Assembly (NCBI GenBank): GCA_977017645.1
Contig: OZ360242.1
Location: 46,252,001 to 46,316,000 of the forward strand
Direction: 5' to 3'
From: Torpedo marmorata
Lineage: Eukaryota
Length of the DNA: 64,000 nucleotides
Shown here: positions 49,749 to 64,000 of the stretch, in pieces
Numbering within the stretch: position 1 is the first letter of the stretch
Layout: each line of letters begins with the position of its first letter
Notes under the pieces: generated by a model
Told to the model about the DNA's origin: nothing
The model's input: only the letters and a program-made list of their open reading frames with translations
Database searches by the model: none
Translations under genes and position numbers: made by a program

Positions 49749-52741
49749 TTTGGGAGCAATTTTCTGTAATTCTAAACCCAAGTCATCTTTCTGAATGAGA
49801 TGTGTCCTGATTTGTGGAAGGAAAAATATTGAAGTCCACAATCTTTCTATTCTCCATTGGTACAAGTATGATCCCAGAGAATTGGTAGATTGTAGAGAAT
49901 GGTTAAATGTAGCCAGTACACAGCCCACGAAAGGGTGTGGGATAATTTGTGTACATAATAAAAACTGGTCAACAGAAAGTTAATTCGAATTTTGGATCCC
50001 ATCACTACAAACGTCAAAATTTAAAAATGGTCAAATGTGACTATTCAGCCCATCTGATTTGCGATGAATTTTTGAAAGACTAATTGTGTATAGTTGCACA
50101 TCCTTATTTGCCTACAACCCACTCTTGCCTTGATCCATTCTATAGGCTTTTAAATTTATGAAAACCAGCTTCCCCGACCTTTTCAGACAACATTCTGACA
50201 ACTAATGGCCATTGATCTTTCTCCAATCATGTGAGGGTTACTGTTTTCAACATCTAAGCTAAAAAAAAACTTCAAGGAGGCCGACGAGAATGATATCAGG
50301 GATTATGAATTTTGGGTATACAAATAGTGTGAAACTGGCTTACTCACTTACAGCGGAATTTAATGGAAAATGTTTCCACTAGGGAGGATTAGTAAATTTA
50401 GAGAACAGGTTAAGATAACAGATGAGACTAGATTAACTTGAATGTATGCAATGGGTTGTGTTGATCTTAACTGAACTTCATAATTGATTGTGGCATCAGA
50501 TTGATTCTAACTTTCAAAAAGGGGACTGAATTAATTTGTAAGGGAAGAATTTACAATCCTGGGGATTATTTGGCTATCACTGTCAAAGGACATGCAGAGT
50601 CAGAGTTCCTCCTTCAAAAACCCACAATTCATTACTCCAACACAAGAATCAGCCCGACTACTATCCCTTTTAGAAAGCACTGCAATTAAGATGAACTGGG
50701 AAGAATGGGAAAGCAGGTGTCAATACTGATAAATGTGATCAGGCATTATTGTAGTTCCCTATGCTGGCTCCTCTAACCAACTGTGGGCAGTAAATGTTGC
50801 ATAGCTACTCCAATTCTTTTTTAAAGTATAGACATGTAATGTCTACAGCACACGAATAGAGTTAAAGTCTATTTTTGTGTCAAGACCTCACCAGTAAAAA
50901 TCCCAACTATAAAGTCAGTATAGATGAAGCTTCCCCCAAAGTTTCAAGATTTTTGTATGGAATCTTTCCTCCAAAAATCAGGCCCCAAATGCAAATTACT
51001 CCTTTGAGTCAACTACCCAAAATTCTCACTCTGCAGGAAAACCAAATTAGCATTTACAAATCCAAAACTAAAAGGAAATTATCCATCATATTAAAATGCT
51101 CTGTACTGCAGACTGTCCTAGTCCTTAAAAAAAACTAATTGAAGACTTGGTCAGCATACAGCTGAACGGTCAGTTCAAAGTCAGGTCACACTGACATTTA
51201 GATACCTGATTAGCATCAGAGTGAGAATGCAATTGCAGTAATTTTCCAATCAAGACAGTTTTACAGTTATGACATTTTTACCCACAACCCCCAAAACTGT
51301 GATACACAGGCAATTTTGAGATACTGTGTTCCAGGGAGAGTCTGGTAAATAGTACAAATCGAAACTCAATTTGAAGACTTGGTGGTTAAGGCAATTATGA
51401 AAACTAGCAGGAATTTGAGAGAATGAAAAACATGTATATATGCAAAAGGCATCGACTTTTGGCATACAATTGACTTAAAAATCAATGTCTGGAAAGTTTA
51501 AAAAGGTGTCTTGGGAAATGATTGACAGCACTAACTCTAGAGCCCAATAATTCAAGATGACCTCAAGTCTGTGGCTTAAAGAATTCAGCAATTGCCCTGG
51601 ATCAAGTTAATCTTGAGTGAGTAATGTCTGACTACAATTAATGGGTCTTGGAAGTTTAAAGCCAGCTAAAAATGAGAGTTAGAGTATAATTTGTACAACA
51701 TGGTGAATCTGAACTAATTGTGATTAATAAGAGCATTATTACGAGTATAGTGATTAAGCAAACTCATTGCCTTGCTGTGGTTTGTTACATGCTACATTAG
51801 CAATATACAATTGTTAGTGAGCAAATTAGTTCAGGATTTAGATTTTCCATACCAGTACAAGTAATCCAACATTTAAAATTCAGCTCCGAGAAACATCAAA
51901 TTACAGGATCAGAGCAATTCCATTACACACAAGCTTCTGTTAATCGCAGGAAAAAATTACTCCAACTATTCACAAAAATAAAGTACAGTATGTGCAAATT
52001 CTATTAATATTTGCTAGTTTAAAAAAGTGAAGAGGCATACCCAACTGGCTGCAAATTTTCTTTTGTTCTCACAAATATCCTGGGCATGGCTTATTATTGC
52101 AAACTCTCAATGCCATTAGGGTCAGTTGTCTGTATTGAACAGATCTATGGCAGGTTACCATTATCTACTGCAGTTTTACAGTTCATTCTGTACACACTAA
52201 TGAAATTTTAATTATCTTCAATAAGCAAATAGTATGTTTTGTGGGTTGGCAGAACATTTGCAAACAGTACATTAGTAAACTAATACTTTATTTTGTTTTT
52301 AAATTCTTGACACCACCAATATACTTCACAAGCTATTCTCAGTATTAAACTGTACTAACAATTCAACCCTGGAGACAAACTCTCATTCATACATCAAGTC
52401 TACACTACAAAAATTGATAGGGAAGCAAATGTACAATATGTACAATTCATTAATGCTCCCATATCCCTTCAGATAACCTCAAAGTATAGAGAAACTGTTT
52501 AAGAAATACTGTAATTGACCCAAATAGGAAAGGTTTTCAAAAGCCCAGTTAAACAGAATATTCCTCACTACCAGAACATTAATTACCTGAGTCAACTAGT
52601 AACATGTCCATAATAAACATGCCAAGATCCTTCATTGAATTGAAGTCCAGTGGCACACAATTCTATATCAGAACTAGCCTTTTAAATTGCATTGGCAAAA
52701 CACAGCATAAAATTAGCAAAGGATTCTTAACCAGCAACACA

Positions 52742-52980
52742 AGCACCAATAGCCTGAATACAACTGGGATTGTCTGATCTCAGAAGCTAAGCAGGCACAG
52801 GACTGGTCAGTACTTGGAGGGGAGACCGCCAAGGAACACCAGGTGCTGTAGGTTTCTGTGAGGGGCGCTGGACAAAATAGCGACCCTCTGTCTGTCTTAA
52901 GGTAGACAAAAATTAAAGAATTTCATGTATGTTACATTCTAAATGTAGTATTACGTGACAATAATAGAACCTTTACCTTT
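52742..52980 (+). mobile_element. 5S rRNA-derived SINE, copy 2
   Basis: Closely similar to 27829-28073; box A agctaagcag and box C-like ttggaggggagaccgcc. Confidence 0.82.
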
Positions 52981-53810
52981 ACATGTAGCAAGTGGTCTGA
53001 TAACAGTGCCACAATAGGTAAACTAATAAGCACATTATTACAGTTTTAATAATGTCACTTGCATACATATTTCAGTGTCAAATTTAGTAAATATACATGT
53101 AGACATTAATTTGCCAAGGGACCTTTGCTTAGCACTTCAATTGATATTGACCCCAACTCTCCTCCCCTACCCCCTCAACAAATGCCCCACAAGAATGGCT
53201 TAAAATTACAACTAGTTTTAAGGATCACAATGACCAGAAACAATACAAAATAAGAGTGTAACCAATAGAGCTTCCCAGAAAGAAACAACAGGGCCAATGA
53301 AGTTGGCAGCCAGTCCCACAATGTGCTGCAAACCAATTAATATAAAATTACCTACAATACAGACTTCAAGATCAGAATTAGAGCCTGGAAACATGGATTG
53401 AACACTAGAGCAAAGCCAAAACCTCAGCTCCTTTGTCAATGCCAATTTTACAGAACTACTTCAATTCTTACAAGAATTCTGGATAATTCAACCGTGAAGC
53501 TTTCTCTCCCCCATTTAATTCACCAAGGGGTAAATTAGTGAAATGCAATGCAAAAGTATTAGATTTTCTAACTTAAGAGTTACACAAGCTCAAAAAGTCT
53601 CTCCTATACACTTTGATGGGAATATAAACATGGAATAGAAGAATTGTTGAACTTCCAGTACTTCTAATTTCAAGAGAAGTGAACAGCCTGGAATATTTTC
53701 CCCAAGATCTAGTTCTTGCGTAATATAGTCATAAACTTACTGAGGCCAGGGATGACAGTTAGAGAACCAACATATTCAAGTGAACCTGCACTGAATGCTG
53801 CAATCCTTAC

Positions 53811-53893
53811 CCCAACTTTCCTTAGCAAGTCTCCCACTATGTTAAGTGCAGATATCCTGGCTGATGGAGTCAAAGGACTGCCCGTGTAACCAT
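53811..53893 (-). CDS. NDE1: NDE1 exon ([28 protein letters not shown])
   Basis: tccag|...|gtaagg, 83 nt; conserved C-terminal helix. Confidence 0.92.
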
Positions 53894-54079
53894 CTGGAAA
53901 AGTTTAAACAGAAAAGTACACAATGAATAATAAACTTGCAAATATAATAAATAATCAAATACAGTAGATAGGCATTAAGGAGGCCTTTTAACAAGACTTT
54001 GGTCAGCCCCATTCACCAGTTGATCATAAAGATCTTTTCAACCACCCCTCCCCCCAGAATCAATTCCCATATCCTTAAG

Positions 54080-54205
54080 TTTCAGATTTATTGTCAAGAG
54101 TACATTCATGACAACCCCGAGATTCTTTTTCCTGCGGGCGAGGCAGAATTACCACTTATTGGTAGTCCAAAAAACTGTACTCAATGTACAGATGTAAACA
54201 AATAA
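54080..54205 (-). mobile_element. Rex1-family 3' UTR fragment
   Basis: Reverse complement of the 34790-34890-type tail. Confidence 0.6.
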
Positions 54206-54341
54206 ATTCAAACAAGCTGACGTGCAATCCACGAACACCCTACATATTTAATTCTAGCTGGGGAAAGTAACATTTCTGTTGGCATATTTAATGACTGACA
54301 GAAGCAAACAAACATCAATCTTTTCAATGAAAGAACAGTAC

Positions 54342-54509
54342 CTTTTGCGACTAAGGCAGGTGTGGAGAACACACTGTTGGATCCTTTGCAGAGTAGTGGG
54401 GTTGATGGTATTGTGGATGCTTGTATTGTACTTTCAGATTCCAAGGAGGGATTTGAGGGTTTTCTGACTGTTTCAGGTTTTTGCTGTACTGCCAATTCTT
54501 GTCTTAGAT
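54342..54509 (-). CDS. NDE1: NDE1 exon (DLRQELAVQQK...STPALVAK)
   Basis: ttcag|...|gtactg, 168 nt; S/T-P-rich linker. Confidence 0.9.
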
Positions 54510-54569
54510 CTGAAAGATAATCATTTTTAGTGTAAAAGCCTCCAGTAATACTTTTTCTTGACAAAATTA

Positions 54570-54872
<303 letters not shown>

Positions 54873-54884
54873 TTATGGAATTGA

Positions 54885-56096
54885 GTTCTTCACGGACATC
54901 TTCAACACCTCACTGCAGCAGTCCATCGTCCCCACAGGTTTCAATTCAGCCAACATCATCCCAGTACCCAAGAGGGCAACAATAACAGGCCGTAATGACT
55001 ACCTGTGGCACTGACCTCCACCATTATGAAATGCTTCGAGCGTCTGGTGATGGAACGCATCAAAGCACACCTCCCAGAGATGCTGGACCCATTTCAATTC
55101 GCCTATAGAAGAAACCGTTCAACTGACAATGCTATAGCCTTGTCCCTTCACTCCGTCCTAACCCACCTGGAAAACGACGCCTCATACGCCAGGGTGCTGT
55201 TCATCGATTTCAGCTTGGCATTTAATACGATCATTTCCCAGAGGCAGTGGAGAAGCTCTCCTCAATGGGACTCAACACCCTTCTGTGTAATTGGATTCTG
55301 GACTTCCTAACAGAAAGACCACAGTCTGTCCGGGTTGGTAGCAGAACATCGAGTATTGTCACACTGAGCACAGGCACACCACAGGGCTGTGCTCAGCCCA
55401 GTCCTGTTCGTGCTACTGACCCACGACTACATCACCAAATCCAGTTCCAACAGTGTCATCAAATTTGCAAATGACACAACATTAGTTGGCCTTATCAGCA
55501 ACAACGATGAGTCGCACTACAGAGAAGCGGTGGAAAATCTCGTGATATGGTGCGAGAGTAACAACCCGAGTCTCAACGTGGACAAGACGAAGGAGATAAT
55601 CATGGACTTTAAGAGGACCAGGAATGACCCCCCCTCCCCCCCCACTCCATTAGACATCAATAACTCTGTAGTGGAGAGAGTGGCGAGCACCAAGTTCCTT
55701 GGAGTTCACTTAACTAGTGATCTATCGTGGACAAACATCTCACTTTTCAGGAAGGCACAACAGCAATTTCCTGAGAAGACTGAAGCAGGCAAGGTTACTG
55801 GCCAATATCATGTCAACCTTCCATAGAAGCTTTATCGAGAGCGTCCTGGCCGGCTGCATCACAGTGTGGCACAGGTGTACAGCGAAATGGATCGGAGGTC
55901 AATCCACAAGGCCATAAGAGTGGCAGAGAGGATCACTGGAGTCTCCCTCTCCCCCCACCCCACTCCCAATCGACGTGATCGAATGGGATCGTTGTCTGAA
56001 GAGGGCCCACAAAATCAATGAGGACCCTGAACACAGCATCTTTCAGCTGCTCCTGTCGGGAAAGAGATACAGGAGCATCAGAGCTAGCACCACCAG
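54885..56096 (+). mobile_element. Rex1/Babar LINE RT fragment, frameshifted
   Basis: [32 protein letters not shown] and GTPQGC motifs. Confidence 0.88.
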
Positions 56097-57569
56097 GCAA
56101 GTTGTACTTGTGCAATCAGATAAACTCAATTTTAGATTTAACCTGGTATCAAATGAAATGCAAGTGTAAGTTGCCAGCTACAAACACCATTCAGGATTAA
56201 AAGGATACTATATTACAAGTTAAATTTCCTGAACATCCGTAACATTTACTAAATCACTTTATTTAGTACTTTAAATCACCGTTAAACTACTATCATGGAA
56301 CCTTTTTTTCTTTACACAAAGTGCCATTTTCCATAATTCTCAGTTCCTTTTCTGATATTTAATTCTTCAATAATAACATTCCCAATCTTGGTGATTTTTT
56401 AAAATTTTATTTTTTTTAAATGCCATTGGTTGACTTTGACAGTGTTAATCAGCACATTTTTAAAAACCGTCACCATAACTGGCAAAACTTATTCTGTACA
56501 AATGTCACTAAATACAAAATGATTTACAATTTTGAAAAAAGTGAGAATACGAAAACAATCTTTATTTTTGTTAAAATAAATTTCAGTGCTTGATTGCTAA
56601 ACTTCACATTGTCATTGACCATCTTCCATCTGGCATTATATTAGGAAAGCCAAAAAGAGTTTTGTGTCTGGACACAAAGACACTAAAGCAACATACTTTA
56701 AGATGGCTCCCAAAATAAAGTTGTTTACAGCCAATCCCTGCATTACAACCTACTGGGTAACAGAAATTCAGAAATCTCTACCTAAAAATTTATAGAATAG
56801 TATTCACTCACAGAATTTTCTGGGGGTGGAGGAAATCAACAAACAGAATAAGAAAGAAACTTTTTTTAAAATATTTTCAGTCATTCAAGTGCAGGACTGC
56901 AGACATTTTCTCTTATGTGCCAAGCTTGTGGATTGGGAAAGGGTTTGGGAAGTGGGGATATCAGTGAAAGAGATGGGATTCGAGGAGGTTTCATTATGGA
57001 AAGGTAGTGTAGAAGGGAGTTCGGGAAGGGGGGGGGGATGAGTTAAAGTGTGGTAACTTAGTGGAAGCTGAGTACTTTAAGAGTCACAGCTCCCCACAAT
57101 GCAATGCTTCAGAGAAAATGTCTTGCAGATGAGGAGTGCTGCAAGCTGCACTGAGAGGTCTGTTCATGTCTTCAGAATGGAGTGGATGTGACAAAAAAAA
57201 AAAAAGGGACTCAGCAGTGACTTCATATCCAAATCTCACTGCCCCACAGTACTGAGTGACCAAAGATGAAAATGAAAATTTGTTTCTTTCGCACAAGCCT
57301 TGTCCATCCAGTCAAATGTTGGCCTCAGCTGTACAATGACAGCACTGGATTATTTTGTCCTCATGGATAAAACGGCCTACACAAAATGAAAATATCTCCA
57401 ATTATTTCAATGAGGAAAAGGGGTTTGTGTTACATGAAATTGCAATGTAGACGGTTTTCTAGAACTGTAATCCCTCAATAATGATGTGGAGGTCACCTGC
57501 ATAACTTTGAAAGAAAAGTGCTCAGTAGGTGCCAAAATTAGAAACAAGACTCAAAGTAAAAGCATTACA

Positions 57570-58010
57570 GAACCACAAGAGGCTGCAGATGGTAGAATCT
57601 GGAAAAAAGAAAAACAAACTCAGTGGATCAAGCAGCATCTGAGAAGTGGAAAGTATACTGAATGGTCAACTTCTTGGATTAAGTCCCTGCGTGAAGAGGA
57701 AAGGTGGCCATTATAAAACATGGGGGGGGGGGGGCGGTAAGACAGGGACCAGTAGGTGATAGATGGGCAGATGAAGCCAGGAGGAGAAAACTGCTGGAAT
57801 TACAAAGACCAAAATTACTTGAATCTGATATGGTAATTGTAGCCATTAAAGAAGCAATGAAGGGCAGATGGAGTACGCTATCCATTGAGTGAATTAATTA
57901 TATTGATGGCAGATGGATGGAACCAGATGGGGATGAGGTGGGGCCATTGGAAGGGGAAATGAGAGGACCAGAGGTGGATGGAAGGAGGCATGGTCAGTAG
58001 CGATTCAAGG
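57570..58010 (-). mobile_element. Penelope-like terminus, degraded
   Basis: ctgcagatggtagaatctgg...actcagtggatcaagcagcatc, similar to the 26820 terminus. Confidence 0.5.
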
Positions 58011-58343
58011 AAGAGAATCTGAAATAGCACGGAACTGGGAGCTCAGGATGCTCAAGATGGACATTGCATTGAATCTTTTCTTTCAACCTCCCATTCCTCA
58101 ATTCCCCAATATCCTTGGCATTTTTTTTTTTTTTTTTTTAAACCTGATCTCGTATATTCTGCATCTAAGAATTTGCAGCCCTTGGAGAAAATAAAATTGA
58201 AACAGTGAAAAGAAATCTCAAATATAACTGACCCTTATCTTCAGGATGTGGCCTAAATTCTAAACTCTCCAACCAGAGAAAACAGCATAATCTTGCAGCT
58301 GTTGCAAAGCTTCAATGTGGTAATAAGCTGAAAGAAATTATAC

Positions 58344-58492
58344 CTTTTTGCCCTTTCTAAGTCATCATTGGCTTGCTCCAATTCTCGGATGTACTTCTGC
58401 AGTTGATCTTTTATTGCCGTCGTTTCAGTAAGATCATCTTGCAGCACACTAATCTGCTTATAATTCTCTGTATGATGTTCTTCTAGTTTTTC
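58344..58492 (-). CDS. NDE1: NDE1 exon ([15 protein letters not shown]...LERAKR)
   Basis: tttcag|...|gtataa, 149 nt. NudE coiled coil [17 protein letters not shown]. Confidence 0.93.
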
Positions 58493-58971
58493 CTGAAACA
58501 AAAAAATGTGGTAACAAGAACTGATGAAACCCATATTACTCCAGTATGGGTAATAAAGGCAGTTCCTCCTTCACTCAGATTCAGTGCAAATTTCTCCTTT
58601 ATCCAAGATAAATCAACCAATATAACCAACATTTCAGGCCAACAATCCTTCATCAGAATTACTCCAGTACCTCTGATGTTTATTTCAGATTTCAAGCATC
58701 TGCATTATTGAACTATTCAACACTGATCATCTAGAATAGTTTACTAAGTGCTCCTACCATCCAAATGGAACCACATACCAACACCAAATCTTCTTTATTG
58801 GAGGATAGGAGAAGGGAGAAACATAACATTTCATACTCAACTTATTGATGCAAATAGATTACAATAACCTTTATGGAATAAAATCTATTGGATTGAATCT
58901 AAATGCAATTATAAACATACAAAATACCAGCCACTCCTCTGGTCCTTTTCATACCACAAAAATCTCTTTTT

Positions 58972-61900
58972 AAAATATTTTTTTATTGATTTTAATAAGT
59001 AACATACAGAAAAAGGTATAAACCAGTAAAATGATATGAACAGTTACAACAGAATAAATAAACCATTCTGTACACCATAACATATGTAAATCAAAACTAT
59101 AACTAATTATTTTCTTAATAAAATATCATAAATCTTATCTAAGGTCTTAGGGTTATGGTTAGGGTTAACAACTAAACATTTCACTAATATAATATTCCAG
59201 TTATATTAAGAATTTTCCTCAAATTGTGAACAAAATTCAAAACTCCAAACCACATTCTTCATAATATCAAAACATAAAATGAGAAAAAAAAAGGAAAAAA
59301 AGAAACCCCAATCTAGAAAAAAAAAGAGTAAAAACAGAAGAAGAAAATATAATTTCATTTCAGTTAAGTTACAAAAATTCCCTTATTTTAAATAAGGGGA
59401 ATTTACAATTCTCGAAGATTATCTTCACTTTCTATAATATATTCAAGATTTACAATTTACAATTAAACATAACATCTAATATAATATCCAAAAAGAAAAA
59501 AAAAACCCTTACAATCTAAACCCAACCCCTATACAAGGTTAACTAAATTACAGTAATAAAGTATACATGGGAATCAGGAGACGACAACCAGGAACCAGAC
59601 AGCACATCACTGGAGCATCCAAACACCTTAGTTCTTTACATTATGATAATAATCTATGAATGGGCCCCATGTCTTGTGGAAATTAAACTTTACACATTTA
59701 ACAGTAAATCTGATTTTTTCTAAACTTAGGTAAGACATGACATCCTGTAACCACTGTTACAAATTCAAACCAGCAACAACAGAAGACGCAATGCAAAAGA
59801 GTTAAAATTGAAATTTATATTTATTAAAGACAATTAAACATATAATTTCTTAACAATTAACCCCACTATAATCGTGTGTGTGCGCGCAAGCCCAGACCAC
59901 TACAGCCCATGCCCAACCCTCATGTAAAAATGGAAAACCTTCCCCAAAACCCCAGGTCAGTCAGAAGAATAAGCCAGTCCCAAAAATACAGTACACAAAA
60001 ATCACTCTATGTTCAGGGTCCAAATTCAGCTCTGTGCGCTGGCACGANNNNNNNNNNNNNNNNNNNNNNNNNNNNNNNNNNNNNNNNNNNNNNNNNNNNN
60101 NNNNNNNNNNNNNNNNNNNNNNNNNNNNNNNNNNNNNNNNNNNNNNNNNNNNNNNNNNNNNNNNNNNNNNNNNNNNNNNNNNNNNNNNNNNNNNNNNNNN
60201 NNNNNNNNNNNNNNNNNNNNNNNNNNCCCTGGGCAAGTTAACTTTTTCAGTAACTCTTCCCAGTGTGTACTCAAAAGACTTAATTCTTCCTGCTGACCGT
60301 CCACAGTCCAAATGGACAGTCATGGTCCATTACAATTGAATATGAGTAGGTGGAGTGCTGTCTTTCCATTTAATCAAAATTACCCGTCTAGCTATCAGAG
60401 GTAAAAGATAAAATTCGCTTTTTGAGTTCATGTCAATAAAATATCCTCTTCTTGAGAAAAAAACAAATTGAGCTATTAAGGGGCAAGGTTCTACTTTAAT
60501 CTTGAAAATCACCGAGAGTTTGAAAGATATTTTTCCAAAATTTTTCTAAACTAGGGCAAGCCCAGAACATTTGAATCAATGAAGCCTCAAAAATTTTACA
60601 TTTGTCACATAATGAATCAATATCCAAATAAAAGCAAGATAATTTAGCTTTATATACCGTAAATGTACCCTGTGCACCACCTTGAATTGCAACAAACAAT
60701 GTCGTGCACAGAAGGTCTCATTAATCAGATTAAGAATAGCATCCCAAGCCTCCTCCGAAAGTGATAAATTCAAGTCGAGTTCCCAATCATTCTTGATCTT
60801 AACTAGCGAGGCTATTTTTAAGTCCAACAAATTATTATAAATAATTGATATTGAACCTCTATGTGAGAGCTGTAAATCAAAAAGTATATCAAGAAGGTTT
60901 GCCTCAGGCATTTGTGGAAAATCCGAGAGCTTGGAATAAACAAAATGTCTAACTTGTAAGTACCGGTATCTAAAAAAATGATTGTTTGGAAGTTTAAATT
61001 TTGCCACCAATTGTTCAAAAGAAGCAAAATTACCTCGAATAAAAAGATCTTTAAAACATTTAATACCTAGTCTATGCCAATCCTTAAAGACTAAATCTAA
61101 TAAAGGAGGGTGAAAAAGATAGTTAGATATAATAGGGCTGGCAAGAGAAAAACTCTGAAATCCGAAAGATTTTCTAAATTGTGCCCCTATTCTCAGCCTT
61201 TGTCTCATTATCGGATTGACAGTCAATTTATAAAAAGAAAAAGGTAGAAATTACCCTAAGATTGCCAACATAGACGAATTTTTGGGAAAAATTCATTTCT
61301 ATTCTACCCAAGAAGGGTGGTCCGTTAATTTATCAAAATGTAACAAAAGGAGCAAATTACGTATATTGACCGCCCAATAATAAAATCTAAAATTTGGAAA
61401 TGCCAATCCACCATTCCTTTTAGTCTTTGGGAGATGAGCTTCATTTAGACGAGGGTGTTTCCCTTGCCGTATATAAGAAATAAACGAATCCAGTAAATCA
61501 AAAAAGGATTTAGGAATAAAAATTGGTAAAGATTGGAAAAGATACAAAAATTTAGGTAAAATGTTCATTTTAATCGAATTGATGCATCCAATCATAGCAA
61601 TAGATAAAGGTGACCATCCCGATAATAATAATTTAACCTGATTAAATAATACCGATAAAATTTCCTTAATTAAGTGTTTGTAACTCCTAGTAATTGTAAT
61701 TCCAAGATAGCTGAATTGATCTTTCACAATCTTAAAAGGAAAATTAGAATAACTTGATAAAGAACCCTTTAAGGGTAATAATTCACTTTTATGCAGATTT
61801 AATTTAAAGCCAGGGAACTGACTAATATTGGTAAATAAAGTTAATATGTTAGGTATAGAAACCTCAGGATTGGATATAAAAAGCAAAAGATCATCTGCAT

Positions 61901-62720
61901 ATAACGACACTTTACGTTCAACTCCATTCCTATATAACCCTGTAAAATCTCTACTCTCCCGAAGAGCAATAGCAAAGGGTTCTAATACCAGGTCAAAAAG
62001 TAAAGGGCTTAAAACACAACCTTGACAAGTACCCCGATAAAGCCTTAAAAGGTTTGATTGTTGTAAATTAGTACAAATTGAGGCAGTAGGACATGAATAT
62101 AATAATTTAATCCATTTAATAAAATCTGGTTCAAAATTAAATTTTTCTAAACTGACAAATAGATAGTCCCATTCTACCCGATCAAAAGCCTTCTCGGCAT
62201 CTAATGAAAGCACACATTCTGTGGCAGGAGTAGAGGGTAAATATAAGATATTTAATAATCGATGTATGTTAAAATATGAATAACGATTCTTAATAAAACC
62301 AGTTTGGTCCTCAGGAGACGATCAATGGTAAAATATTCTCTAATCTATGGGCCAAGATTTTAGACAAAATCTTCATGTCCACATTGAGTAAGGAAATAGG
62401 CCTATATGATGCACATTCCAGTAGGGTCCTTCCCTCTTTTCAAAATAAGAGATATACAAGCCTCATTAAAAGATAAATGAAGCTTCCCATTTTTAAATGA
62501 ATCACCAATCACTGAGCATAAATGAGGTACAAGCCATTTGGAGAAAGATTTATAAAATTCAGCAGAATATCCATCTGGTCCTGGAGATTTACCCGATTGT
62601 ATGGAAGAAATTGCTGGTAATATTTCCTCATGAGAAATAGGAGCCTCCAAACTTGTACGTCTATTCTGGGAAAGCGTATACCACAAAAATCTAATCCTAC
62701 TTTCAGCTCAGAGCAATGAA
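58972..62720 (-). mobile_element. L1/Tx1-clade LINE (RT to poly(A) end), split by an LTR-like insertion
   Basis: [41 protein letters not shown] and MFWACP motifs; polyA signal and T-run at about 58975. Confidence 0.9.
59755..60334. mobile_element. Solo-LTR-like repeat, copy 2 (contains N gap 60048-60226)
   Basis: tgttac...attaca termini; L1 coding sequence resumes on both sides; homologous to 32707-33456. Confidence 0.6.
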
Positions 62721-62734
62721 CCAAAAACATTTCA

Positions 62735-63103
62735 AAGGGGATGTCCTAAATGAATACTTTGCTTTAGTATTCACAAGAGAAAAGGAATTTGATCAGGGCA
62801 AGGTTGGAATAGAACAGGCTTGTGTGCTGGACAATGTGGAGATTAAGGAAGAGGAAGTGTTGGATCTCCTTAAAAACCAAGATTGATAAGTCCCCAGGGC
62901 CAGACACGATATACCCCAGGTTACTGTGGGAAGTGAGAGAAGAGAAAGCTGGGGCAGTAGCTATGATCTTTGAATCCTCTTTGGCCGCAGGGGAAGTGCC
63001 AGAGGATTGGAGAATGGCAAATGTAGTCCCCTTGTTTAAAAAAGGTAATAGGGAGAATCCTGGGAATTATGTCAGTGGTGTGCAAACTATTGGAGAGGAT
63101 TCT
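62735..63103 (+). mobile_element. CR1 fragment of the same family as 48060-48400
   Basis: DKSPGPD.IYPRLL...VPEDWRMANVVPLFKKG. Confidence 0.88.
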
Positions 63104-64000
63104 TTTTTTTATTTTTTTAAAAAAATATTTTATTTACATTTTTTAATCACAAAATACATAAAATAGAATATAAAATTATCAAATTATTTGTGATACATTT
63201 TCACCCCCCCTCCCTCCCTCCCCTCCCCTCCCCAACCCCCCCACCCTCACTAATCTAATAAAAATATAATAAAAAGTTTTTAAAAAAGAAAAAAAGAAAG
63301 AAAAAGATAAAGTAAGGGGAATGCCATCTATAAACTAATTCTATTATGGAGGTCAAGTGTGCCAGTAGATCCGATATCCAGAGATCTTCAAATCCTTAAA
63401 CCAACAGCTTTCATATATGGGCTCCAAATTTTTAAGAAAAAATGATATTTATTACGTAAATTATAAGTAATTTTTTCAAGTGGTATACACGAACGAAGTT
63501 CTGCATGCCATCTTTCTAATCCTAAATCTAAATCAGATTTCCAAGTAATAGCAATGCATTTTTTTGAAACAGCTAAAGCAATTTGCAAAAATTCTATTTG
63601 ATACATATTTAATTTCATCTTAATACTAAATTTTCTAATATCTCCAAACAAAAATATCATAGGATCCATTGGGAATGTAATTTTAAATACTTTATCTAAA
63701 AGTTTTTTAACTTTCAACCAAAAATCATAAACTTTTGGACAAAACCATGTAGAATGTACAAAAGAACCTTCTTCTTTATTACATCTAAAACATAAACCTG
63801 ATAGTGTCGGATTAAATTTCTTTAATTTTTTAGGTGTTAAATATAGTTGATGAAAAAATTATACTGTACTAATCTGTATCTAACATTAATAATCTTCGTC
63901 ATACTAAATTTACATAATTCTTTCCAATGATTTTCATCTATTCTTACATTCAAATCTAATTCCCATTTTAATCTTGATTTATGTAATCCTATTTTAGGCA
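63104..64000 (-). mobile_element. Second L1-clade LINE 3' end
   Basis: CFRC...H.TWFC zinc-knuckle-like region, AKKCIAITWK-like and EKITY peptides, G-rich 3' UTR, poly(A). Confidence 0.82.

Overview
This is eukaryotic (vertebrate) genomic DNA, not microbial. The repeat content (V-SINEs, CR1, Rex1/Babar, Penelope with inverted ends) suggests a cartilaginous fish, which is an inference. The + strand carries the 3' part of the smooth-muscle myosin heavy chain gene MYH11: 16 coiled-coil rod exons (1115-22346), a 33-nt SM2-type stop-containing cassette exon (24999-25031) and the SM1 tail exon (29031-29169). All have GT-AG boundaries and continuous phase. The - strand carries the convergent NDE1 gene: six coding exons from 58492 down to a KMLL-type last exon at 40495-40588; its 5' exons were not found in the window. 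The rest is intron/intergenic DNA with many transposon remnants: an internally deleted Gypsy with both LTRs, hAT and Tc1/pogo MITEs, Chapaev3-like elements, CR1, Rex1, L1, RTE, Penelope, tRNA/V-SINEs and a 5S-derived SINE. There are two N gaps. I found no clearly novel multi-gene system. The most interesting points are the conserved SM2 micro-exon, an intact antisense NDE1 'SSSC'-type acceptor and frame inside a MYH11 exon, loss of the NudE palmitoylation cysteine, further candidate antisense exons, and a long hairpin inside a hAT MITE. Comparisons with human proteins are from recall, not from database searches.
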